Part shown: positions 19,088 through 27,414 of the stretch, piece after piece
Numbering within the stretch: position 1 is the first letter of the stretch
How the letters are laid out: every line of letters begins with the position of its first letter
Assembly: GCA_965243025.1 (NCBI GenBank)
Contig: CBDETY010000003.1
Span: 5,216,001 to 5,280,000 of the forward strand
Reading direction: 5' to 3'
DNA: 64,000 bases
DNA from: Candidatus Latescibacterota bacterium
GTDB lineage: Bacteria > Latescibacterota > UBA2968 > UBA8231
Notes under the pieces: model-generated
Databases searched by the model: none
Seen by the model: the letters and a program-made list of their open reading frames with translations, nothing else
What the model was told of the DNA's origin: nothing
Position numbers and translations under genes: made by a program

Positions 19088-20953
19088 GTGCCCGTGAGAT
19101 GGCGCCGACTCGGGAGCCGTTCAATCACACCCCGATCCTTACAGGAAATCCGCCGGCACATCGGCCGCCCAGCGGTTCAGGGCGGGGCGGTGTTCCTCCT
19201 GGCGCTGCTGCTCCGCCTCGCCTGTATCGCCCAGATCGATGACGGCCCGCTGTTCGCGGAGCCGGCGGTCGACGCGCGGACCTACACCGAGCACGCCGCC
19301 CGCATCGCCGCCGGCAACTGGCTCGGCCGCGGTGAGGGGCCGTTCTGGCAGCCCCCGCTGTACCCCTATCTCCTCGCCGCGGTCAGACGGCTCTCTGCGG
19401 ACAGCTTCTTCCATTCGGCGCGCTATGTGCAGGCCCTCTGGGGTGCCCTGCCGTGCGTTCTCCTCTACTTCATGGGCCGCCGCCTTTTCAACCGGCCCAC
19501 CGGCCTTGTCGCCGGTCTGGCAGCGGCCGCCTACGGGCCCTTCCTGTTCTTCGACGGCGAGCTGCTCCCGGTTTCCCTGGCGACCGCGCTCAACACCCTG
19601 GGCCTCGCCCTGCTGCTCCGCTGCCAACGGAGACCCTCCGCGGCCGGCTTCGGGATTGCCGGTGCGGTCTTCGGGCTCGCCGCCCTCGCGGTGCCCACGG
19701 TCCTTCTCTTCGCCGCGGCCTGTCTGGTGTGGCTGGGGCTGCGCCGGCCGCCCCGGCATGCCGCGGCGTTCCTTGTCGGGGTGGGCCTGGCGGTCGCTCC
19801 GGTGGCCCTGCGCAACGTCGTTGTCGGCGGGGATTCCGTGATCATCTCCTACAACAGCGGCATCAACTTCTACATCGGCAACAACAGCCGCTACGAGGAG
19901 ACCGTCGCCGTCCGCCCCGGCTGGGAGTGGGACGCCCTCGCCGCCCGGCCGCGGCAGGCGGGCCTGGAGCGGCCCTCCAGGCAGTCCGCCTTCTTCTGGG
20001 GGGAGGCGTGGCGCGAGATCCGCGCCGATCCGGCGGCGTATCTGCGGCTGTTGGCCCGCAAGCTCTTCCTGCTGGGGCACGGCGGCGAAATCGGACGCAA
20101 CCAGCCGATCTATTTCCACCGGAACGAGTCGAGCCTGCTGGCGGCGCTGCTGTGGAAGCACGGAGGCGTCGCTTTTCCCTTCGGCATCGCCGGGCCCCTG
20201 GCGCTCAGCGGTCTGCTGCTCGCGCTCAGGGACCGGAGAGCCACCCTGCTGATCGTGTATGCCGCGGCGTACGGGGCGGGAGTCATCGCCTTCTTCGTCA
20301 CCGCGCGCTACCGCCTGCCCATGGTTCCGGTGATGCTTCTCTTCGCCGCCCATGCCGCCCACTGGACGGCGGCGGCCCTGCGCCGCAGGCGCTGGACCGC
20401 GGCGGCGCTGGTGCTGGGAACCACCGGCCTGTTCGCCGCGGCCGCCAACTACCGCGTCGCCCCCATGAACATGGAGGGGGACGCGGCCATCCACTTCAAC
20501 ATCGGGGACGCCCTGGCCCGGCAGGGGAAGCCCTGGGGGGCCCGCCAGGCCCTGGCCCGGGCGGTGCAACTCGACTCCACCCACTGGCAGGCGTGGCTCA
20601 ACCTCGGGACTCTGAAGGTCCGCGGCGGGGACGCGCGCGGGGCGCTGCCGATCTTCCGCCGCGTGGCTCGAGGCGCTCCCGGGCGGCTCGAGCCCTGGAT
20701 GAACCTCGCCGGCGCCCACATGGTGCTCGGCGAATGGCAGGCAGCTGCCCGCGCCTTCCGCAGGGCAATGCGGGCGGCGCCCGATTCCCATCACCCCTAC
20801 GGCGGCCTCGTGCGCGCCCTGGCGATGGCCGGGAAGACGGAACGCGCCAGGGAGGTTCTGGAAGATGCCGCCGCGCGTTTTCCCGGCCGCGCCCGCTCCT
20901 TCCGGGAGGCCTTCGACCGCCTGGAAGCGAACCGGAGACGAAGTCCCCGCTGA
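19088..20953 (+). CDS. GT-C (PMT/ArnT-like) membrane glycosyltransferase-like protein with C-terminal TPR repeats
   Basis: VDARTY, QPPLYPY, GINFYIGN, RYRLP, many TMs, then TPR-like helices; start uncertain. Confidence 0.75.
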   Translation: MPVRWRRLGSRSITPRSLQEIRRHIGRPAVQGGAVFLLALLLRLACIAQIDDGPLFAEPAVDARTYTEHAARIAAGNWLGRGEGPFWQPPLYPYLLAAVRRLSADSFFHSARYVQALWGALPCVLLYFMGRRLFNRPTGLVAGLAAAAYGPFLFFDGELLPVSLATALNTLGLALLLRCQRRPSAAGFGIAGAVFGLAALAVPTVLLFAAACLVWLGLRRPPRHAAAFLVGVGLAVAPVALRNVVVGGDSVIISYNSGINFYIGNNSRYEETVAVRPGWEWDALAARPRQAGLERPSRQSAFFWGEAWREIRADPAAYLRLLARKLFLLGHGGEIGRNQPIYFHRNESSLLAALLWKHGGVAFPFGIAGPLALSGLLLALRDRRATLLIVYAAAYGAGVIAFFVTARYRLPMVPVMLLFAAHAAHWTAAALRRRRWTAAALVLGTTGLFAAAANYRVAPMNMEGDAAIHFNIGDALARQGKPWGARQALARAVQLDSTHWQAWLNLGTLKVRGGDARGALPIFRRVARGAPGRLEPWMNLAGAHMVLGEWQAAARAFRRAMRAAPDSHHPYGGLVRALAMAGKTERAREVLEDAAARFPGRARSFREAFDRLEANRRRSPR

Positions 20954-21082
20954 TCACCCGGCACGCCCGCTGCATGCTTGACGCGCGGTCGGCCGCGTAC
21001 ATCTTCCCGCTTCCGTGCCGCGGGCGCGGACCGCCGCCGCCTTCAGTTCGCGGCAAACGGTATACCAGACGAGGAGAAACCG

Positions 21083-21952
21083 ATGGACAGCATCTATCTG
21101 CGATGGGCCGGGTGCGGCCACTTCGACGTGCTGATGGGGGATGTCAACATCTGCTTCGATCCCTACCTGTTCGGCGACGACCTGGAGGCAGCCGAGCCGA
21201 TCTTCGACTACATCTTCATCAGTCACGAACACTTCGACCACTCCCATCCGAAGACGCTGAAGAAGCTGTGCCGGGGGGACCGCTTCAAGAAGCTGTTCGT
21301 GCCGATCGGCTGTCTGACCCCGAACGAGCCGGTGCACGGGAAGTACGGCTACGCCGCCTTCGACCGCGACCTGCCGGTCACCAGGCACATTCCCGCCGAC
21401 AAGGTGCAGGTGGCCTACCCGAAATACCAGGACGAAGAGAGGAACGGCCGCCGCGATTTCCCCGGACCGTTCGAGTTCGATCTCGGCCCGCTGCAGGTCG
21501 AGGTGTACGAAAGCGGCGAGAACGCGCGGCCCGACCTGCCCACCTGTGCATACCACGTGGTGCACGCCGGGCGGGACGTCTCCGTTTTCCATACCGGCGA
21601 CCTCCACGGCGCCTACCCCGCCCTCGAGCGGATGCGGGGCCGGGTCGACTATCTCGTGCACATGAAGACCCCGATAGGACCCCTGGTCGAGGCGGTGCGG
21701 CCCCGCTTCGTGGTCCCCACCCATTACCGCACGGACCGCGAGACCGAGCCGATCCCCGCGGGCCACTGGCCGCCGAACCTCACCGACGTCAACGCCTTCC
21801 TCGAAGACCTGCGCGAGCAGATCGGCGGCAGGGCGACCATGCTGCCGTTCACCGCCCCCGTGCAGTACGAGGTCGAGATGCCGTCGAAGAAGGTCAAGTG
21901 GGCCTGGGAGTGGTTCAACTCGTGGGACGTGCCCAAATGGATAGAAGAATAG
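21083..21952 (+). CDS. Metallo-beta-lactamase fold hydrolase
   Basis: FDPY, ISHEHFDH (HxHxDH), FHTGD, VPTHY; ATG after GAGGAG. Confidence 0.85.
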   Translation: MDSIYLRWAGCGHFDVLMGDVNICFDPYLFGDDLEAAEPIFDYIFISHEHFDHSHPKTLKKLCRGDRFKKLFVPIGCLTPNEPVHGKYGYAAFDRDLPVTRHIPADKVQVAYPKYQDEERNGRRDFPGPFEFDLGPLQVEVYESGENARPDLPTCAYHVVHAGRDVSVFHTGDLHGAYPALERMRGRVDYLVHMKTPIGPLVEAVRPRFVVPTHYRTDRETEPIPAGHWPPNLTDVNAFLEDLREQIGGRATMLPFTAPVQYEVEMPSKKVKWAWEWFNSWDVPKWIEE

Positions 21953-22064
21953 CATTTCCCGGCAAGGAAATCATTTGCGTCCCGCATGTGCACGAGGTAC
22001 CTTGACCAATTCGGCAAGAAGGAAAACCGCCTGTTCAAATCGCTCGCACAAAGGAGGAGCAGCA

Positions 22065-22952
22065 ATGAGCAAGCCGAAATTTCTCGCAGCCCTGGCGCTC
22101 TCTTTGAGCCTCGTGGGTACATCGTCGGCCCACTTTCCGGAAGGGGCGCTTTACTTTGCCTGGCAGTGGCCCGCCGGCGCCGAGCCCGTTGTCGACGGCG
22201 ACGGCAGCGAGTTCCAGGTAATTCCGGACGAGTGGTGGCAGACCACCGAGATGTTCCCCGACACGCAGGGGGGCGTCGACATCAACCGCGCTGACTTCGA
22301 CGCCAGGGCGGTGATCACCTGGAGTGACGCCACCAACCAGTTCTACGCCTACTCCGAGGTCTTCGACGACATCAGCGCCGCCGGCGACACGTGGCAGTTC
22401 AACGTCGACGCCGACCACGCCGGCGGCTATGTCGCGCTCGGATTCCCCGAGGGAACCAGCGACGAGGAGAAGCAGCGGCTCACGGGGGCGGCCAACCAGC
22501 AGTACGAAATCTGGAACACCGCCGGCGACGCCGACGTGATCGGCCCGGACGAGACCCTGTTCTTCTGGGGCAAGGCATCGTGGCTTCCCGACCAGGGATG
22601 GTACCTGGCCGAGCACACCTTCGACGGCACCTACGGCGGCGAGGGAACGACCTACCTCGAAGTCCTTTTCGGCTCGTACGTCTTCCTCGACCAGGACGAC
22701 CCCGGCGCAGTGGAGTTTCACGACCTCACCGAGAACGGGATCACCGGTATCGGGTACAACTGGATGGATGTCGAAGATCCCGAAATAGCGGGGAACAGCC
22801 CCTGGGAGAGCTTCTACAATCTCTGCAATAACAACGAGATGTTCTGGAACTCCGAAGCGATTCCCGACTTCTTCCTGGCACCGGTGGAGGAGGGGATCAC
22901 CGCGGTGGACGCCACGACCTGGGGCCAGTTGAAGACGAACTTCGCCGACTGA
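22065..22952 (+). CDS. Secreted acidic protein, possible CBM9/DOMON-like fold; distant paralog of the A genes at 39.3-45.0 kb
   Basis: Signal peptide ending SA-H; VDADHAGG; LTENGITG; C-terminal TAVDATTWGQLK; AAGGAGG RBS. Fold assignment is inference. Confidence 0.7.
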   Translation: MSKPKFLAALALSLSLVGTSSAHFPEGALYFAWQWPAGAEPVVDGDGSEFQVIPDEWWQTTEMFPDTQGGVDINRADFDARAVITWSDATNQFYAYSEVFDDISAAGDTWQFNVDADHAGGYVALGFPEGTSDEEKQRLTGAANQQYEIWNTAGDADVIGPDETLFFWGKASWLPDQGWYLAEHTFDGTYGGEGTTYLEVLFGSYVFLDQDDPGAVEFHDLTENGITGIGYNWMDVEDPEIAGNSPWESFYNLCNNNEMFWNSEAIPDFFLAPVEEGITAVDATTWGQLKTNFAD

Positions 22953-23016
22953 CCTCGATCATCCGACCATCCAGATAGTTGCCGCTGGTGCCCGCGCGGC
23001 ACCAGTCGCACCGAAT

Positions 23017-23068
23017 GCAGACACCTGGCACGCCGGCCAACCTCGGCTTGCCAGGTGTTTGCCTTTTT
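23017..23068 (+). terminator. Probable intrinsic terminator after 22065-22952
   Basis: Stem GCAGACACCTGGCA / TGCCAGGTGTTTGC followed by CTTTTT. Confidence 0.6.
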
Positions 23069-23317
23069 ACCGGAAACTCTTTCCGGAGGGCGCGGATGTC
23101 CCCCACCCTCCCTTCTGCGCTCACCGCCAGCCGGCATGGCCTGCCGGCTGCGGACCGCGGCTTCCCTGAAGGTCCCTTCAAAAAGCGTCCTTCCGCTGCT
23201 GGTTGGAGAACAGGCCGCCGACAGGCTGCCGAGACCCGCAGAAGCCCGATCTTTCATTTTGAAACCGGACCTGATTTTACCAGCGCCGGCCCGCCGCCGA
23301 GGTAGAGGGCAACGGGC

Positions 23318-25243
23318 ATGGTAACCCGACTGGCAGGTTTCGGGATTTTGTTCGCCCCAATCTGTCTCGGACTTCTCATTCCCGGGGAAGGCTCTGCGCT
23401 GACCCTGTACCGTATCGGCGCGCGGTTCGCCGACGAACCCGCGCCCGAGGGGGTTGACGTCGTTTACCTGTCATGGAACGATGCATCCACGGGCTTCGAA
23501 GGCGGGTGGAAGGTCGTGGACATGGAAGAAGGGCGGCTTGCCCCGGTATTCCTGGAACCGGATCGCAACATCGCGCTGGATGCCGCCGGCCTGGGTGGAG
23601 GCCCCTTCGGTGCCAAGTGGCCCGTAAAAACCAATCATGAATTCCACGGCCTGACGGTCGATGGGGACCCGACAACGGCGTTCGAGGAAGCGGACATAAA
23701 GGAAACCCGTGAATGGCCTTTCATCGGAATCGACCTGGGCGGTGTCCTGCCGATCAACCGGGTGGTGTTCTATCCTACAACGGAGCATCAGGACCGTTTC
23801 CCCGAGTACTTGAGGCTCTATGTCTTCGGGGGCGATCCTTCCCGTCTCGCCAATCCCTTCGGCAGCCTCCGGCACTTCGATCTGGTGGCGCAGGAAGAGG
23901 ACAACCGCACCTCCCGCATCGAGGTGACCATGTCGACCCGGTTCGTGCACACCGTCATGCTGGAGATCGGCGATCCAAGAAGCCCGGACCGCGATTTCCG
24001 GAGCGGCCCGCGTCCGTGGCAGATCGCCGAGTTCGAGATCTACGGAGACGGGTACGCGCCGAACGCCTTTTACAGATCGCGGGTTCTCGACCTCGGAACG
24101 GTTGCCAGCGTCGGGCGGATCCGCTGGGCGGGGACCAGGGACCGGGGCGCCAGGGTGGAGATTCGCACGCGCAGCGGGTCGGACGGCGACCCGAACCGCT
24201 ACTGGCGCCGCACCGGCCGGGGCTCCGAGGTCAGCTACCGCGACCCGCAGGGCCGGCCCCTGACGCGGCAGCAGTACGAGGACCTGCTGCTGACGGAGCA
24301 GGCGGGCACCTCGCACGATCAGGACAGCTGGAGCTTCTGGTCGGCCCCGTATGCCTTCGGCGACAGCGCCGGAACTCCGGTCGTCTCCCCGGGTCCGCGC
24401 CGTTTTCTGCAACTGGACGTGCAGTTCGAGAGCGATTACCTCGCCGGCGGTGAGCTGTCGTACCTGGAGTTCGAGGCGACGAGCCCGCCGGTGGTGCAGC
24501 GGGTGGTGGGAGAAGTATCTCCGATAGAGGTGGTGGCCGGAGAGGAGACGGAGTTCGTGTTCGCCTTCCTGCCGACGATCACCGAGTCGGAGCCGGGGTT
24601 CGACCGCTTCGTTCTGAGCACTCCGGGCGAGCTGATTGCGGTGGACTCGGTGCGGGTCAATTCCGAGAGGGTGGAATACCAGACGGGAGACCACCCGCTT
24701 CCCGGACACCGCGTCGAGTTCGTCCTGCCGCGCATGGAGGCGGCCGACAGCGGCAAGCCGGTGGAGGTGTTCTTCCGCGGGCGCGTGTTCCGGTTCGGCA
24801 CCGTGTTCGAGGGGGAGCTGCACGACAGCCGTCGCCCCGGCGAGGTGGGACAGGGGGTGGTCGACGGGGACGCGATCTTCCGTCTCGACAGCAACCGGTT
24901 GTCGGTCGGCGTCAACCTGTCGGGCGCCTTGTTGCAGGACGTGGAGGTGACCAGTCCGGTAGTGACGCCGAACGGGGACGGGGTCAACGACGAGGTGGGA
25001 TTCCGCTACAAGCTGCTGCAGCTCGCCGAGGGGCAGGCGGTGACGGTCGATATCTACGACCTGGGGGGTCGCCTTGTGCGCCGCGTGTACGAGGGCCGGG
25101 ACGGCAGCGGGGGTCACGAGCGCGGTTGGGACGGGCGCGGGGAGTCGGGTGCGCTGGCTCCGGGGGTGTACCTGTACCGGATCACCGTCGACGCCGATTC
25201 GCGGCGGGCGGGGCGCAGCGGAGTCGTCAGCATTGCCTACTGA
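23318..25243 (+). CDS. Secreted protein with discoidin-like region and C-terminal FlgD-Ig/CHU_C-like domain
   Basis: Signal peptide; IDLG...INRVVFYP...EFEIYG; VTPNGDGVND, IYDLGGRLV, WDGR, APGVYL; ends SIAY. Confidence 0.75.
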   Translation: MVTRLAGFGILFAPICLGLLIPGEGSALTLYRIGARFADEPAPEGVDVVYLSWNDASTGFEGGWKVVDMEEGRLAPVFLEPDRNIALDAAGLGGGPFGAKWPVKTNHEFHGLTVDGDPTTAFEEADIKETREWPFIGIDLGGVLPINRVVFYPTTEHQDRFPEYLRLYVFGGDPSRLANPFGSLRHFDLVAQEEDNRTSRIEVTMSTRFVHTVMLEIGDPRSPDRDFRSGPRPWQIAEFEIYGDGYAPNAFYRSRVLDLGTVASVGRIRWAGTRDRGARVEIRTRSGSDGDPNRYWRRTGRGSEVSYRDPQGRPLTRQQYEDLLLTEQAGTSHDQDSWSFWSAPYAFGDSAGTPVVSPGPRRFLQLDVQFESDYLAGGELSYLEFEATSPPVVQRVVGEVSPIEVVAGEETEFVFAFLPTITESEPGFDRFVLSTPGELIAVDSVRVNSERVEYQTGDHPLPGHRVEFVLPRMEAADSGKPVEVFFRGRVFRFGTVFEGELHDSRRPGEVGQGVVDGDAIFRLDSNRLSVGVNLSGALLQDVEVTSPVVTPNGDGVNDEVGFRYKLLQLAEGQAVTVDIYDLGGRLVRRVYEGRDGSGGHERGWDGRGESGALAPGVYLYRITVDADSRRAGRSGVVSIAY

Positions 25244-25282
25244 AACTTCAGCCGCCTTCATCCGGCCGATCGAGACCTGCCA

Positions 25283-27397
25283 ATGAAGCATCGAAGCGGG
25301 AAAAACCTCGTCCTGGCAGCCGTCGTCGCCCTGAGCGCCCTCGAGGCGGCTGCGCTCGACACCCTCCTGGTCGGGGAGGGCGGACGGCCCTGGAGCGACG
25401 GAGGCGGGGGCCTGGATCCCCCCTTTCTCCTCGACGACGGCGACGTCGCCGTCGGCAACAGGCCCGGGAACGTCGTCGACTACGAGCTCGATCCCGGGTG
25501 GGTCTTCCCGCGGCTCATCGACAACTCGGTGAACCTCGCCCGCGGCTCGGCCGGGCGCGGCGGCGGCGCCGATTCGCCGCTGCCCTCGATCCACGAGGAC
25601 GAGCTGGCCTTCGTCGTCGATGGCGAAACGCACACTGCCTTCCGCCGCAAGGCGGAGGCCGGACAGCTCCTTCAGGTTCTCGGGATCATCATCGACCTCG
25701 ACCTGGGGGCGCGCTTCGGGGTCAACCGCATCCGTTTCTTCCCACGCAACAGCGTCTACGAGGCATCGGACTTTCCTTTCGAGACCGACTTCATCCGCGG
25801 CTACGAGATTTCCCTCAACGACGGCAGCGAGGGGACTCAGGTCGGAGGGCGTCCGGTTTTCAGCTCATTCAGGCGGGAGCCCGACAACACCGAGCCCGTC
25901 GTCGACCTCGAGGTTCCCCTGCAGTTCGTGCGCTTCATCCGCCTCACCACCCTGACGACGGTCGGATTCGAGGTAGACGAGATCGAGGTGTACGGGGCCG
26001 GTTTCGTGCCGGAGGCGACCTACCTGTCCGACATCTACGACGTCGGGACTCCCGCCAACTGGGGCCGCCTGTGGTGGCAGGAGAGAAAGGATGGCGTCGC
26101 CGGCCTTTCCGACCTGAAAGTGGTCACCCGCAGCGGGCGGGACGCTTCTCCCCTGGTCTACACCCGCAAGTTGCAGGGGGGCCTCGAAGTGCCCTGGAGG
26201 GCGGGGGCGGCGGCCGGGAATATCGACCTGGACTCCAGCCCGGGGGAGGTTGCCCTCGACGCCTTCAACCGGTTGCCGCCCGGGGAGCGCGGCAGCCTCG
26301 AGCTCACCCTGGCGGAGTACGAGGCCCTGGGGTCCGGGGAGCGCGGCGCGGTCCGCAGCGACCGGATCAACTGGAGCCCCTGGACGGCGCCCTATTCCCA
26401 GGAGGGAAAGAGCGCGTCCGGCACTCCGGTGGTGTCTCCCGGGCCGCGCCGCTACTTCCAGTTCCGGCTCGATTTCGCCAGCAGCGACGTCGAGTCGGCC
26501 ACGGGCGTCGACGCCCTGGGGTTCGAGCTGTCGGCCCCGGCCCCGGCCCTGAACATCGTGGGGGAAATCCATCCCCGGCAGATCCGCGCCGGCCAGAGCA
26601 CCGACTTCGTGTACGGGGTGCGGGCGCAGCTGGGTCCCGACAACCCGGGGTTCGACCGCTTCGAGGTGTTCACCGCCGCCCCGGTCGATGCGATCCAGCG
26701 GATCGAGATCGTCGACGGCGAGGGCGGCCTGGTCGCCGGGGAGGAGTTCGGCCCCCTCGACCGGCTGCAGCTCCCGGCCGAGCAGGGCGGATTCAGCATT
26801 CAGGCGGTGGAATCCGACCGCTTCGTGGTAGGCTTTCCCGCCATTACCGCTGACGGCTCCGGCCTGCGCATCCGCTTCACCTCGTCGGCCCTGCGTTTCG
26901 GCCAGACCTTCGAGGGCCGCGCCTTCAGCAGCGACCGGCTCGACGAGCTCGCGCAGCAGGTGGTGCCCGGAAACGCCGGCGAGCTCACCGAGGACGACAT
27001 CGACGCGCGCCCCCCCGGCACCGAGGACGGCACCGCGGTCGACAACTCCCTTTCCGTGCGCATGGACCTCGGCGGCTCGTTCCTCGGCCGCGTGAGGTCC
27101 GAACCGGCGGTATTCACCCCGAACGGCGACGGCGTCAACGACCGCGTGGATTTCGAGATCCAGGTGTTCCGCCTCGGCCTCGAGGCGCCGCTGCGGTTCG
27201 AGGTCTACGACCTGGGCGGCCGCCTGCTGGCGACGCCGTTCGAGGGGGAGCGGGCAAGCGGGCAGTTCACCGCCGCCTGGGACGGGAAGGACCGCGCCGG
27301 CGGTCTCGTGGCGCCCGGAATCTACCTGGTGCGCGCGGTCCTGGAGACAGACGCGGGCACGAAGGCGAGCAGCGGTCTCGTCTCGATCGCATACTGA
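25283..27397 (+). CDS. Secreted protein with C-terminal FlgD-Ig/CHU_C-like domain (paralog)
   Basis: LDLGARFGVNRIRFFPR, VVSPGPRRY, FTPNGDGVND, YDLGGRL, WDGKD, APGIYL; ends SIAY. Confidence 0.75.
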   Translation: MKHRSGKNLVLAAVVALSALEAAALDTLLVGEGGRPWSDGGGGLDPPFLLDDGDVAVGNRPGNVVDYELDPGWVFPRLIDNSVNLARGSAGRGGGADSPLPSIHEDELAFVVDGETHTAFRRKAEAGQLLQVLGIIIDLDLGARFGVNRIRFFPRNSVYEASDFPFETDFIRGYEISLNDGSEGTQVGGRPVFSSFRREPDNTEPVVDLEVPLQFVRFIRLTTLTTVGFEVDEIEVYGAGFVPEATYLSDIYDVGTPANWGRLWWQERKDGVAGLSDLKVVTRSGRDASPLVYTRKLQGGLEVPWRAGAAAGNIDLDSSPGEVALDAFNRLPPGERGSLELTLAEYEALGSGERGAVRSDRINWSPWTAPYSQEGKSASGTPVVSPGPRRYFQFRLDFASSDVESATGVDALGFELSAPAPALNIVGEIHPRQIRAGQSTDFVYGVRAQLGPDNPGFDRFEVFTAAPVDAIQRIEIVDGEGGLVAGEEFGPLDRLQLPAEQGGFSIQAVESDRFVVGFPAITADGSGLRIRFTSSALRFGQTFEGRAFSSDRLDELAQQVVPGNAGELTEDDIDARPPGTEDGTAVDNSLSVRMDLGGSFLGRVRSEPAVFTPNGDGVNDRVDFEIQVFRLGLEAPLRFEVYDLGGRLLATPFEGERASGQFTAAWDGKDRAGGLVAPGIYLVRAVLETDAGTKASSGLVSIAY

Positions 27398-27414
27398 GAG
27401 GGCGAAGGAGGATC

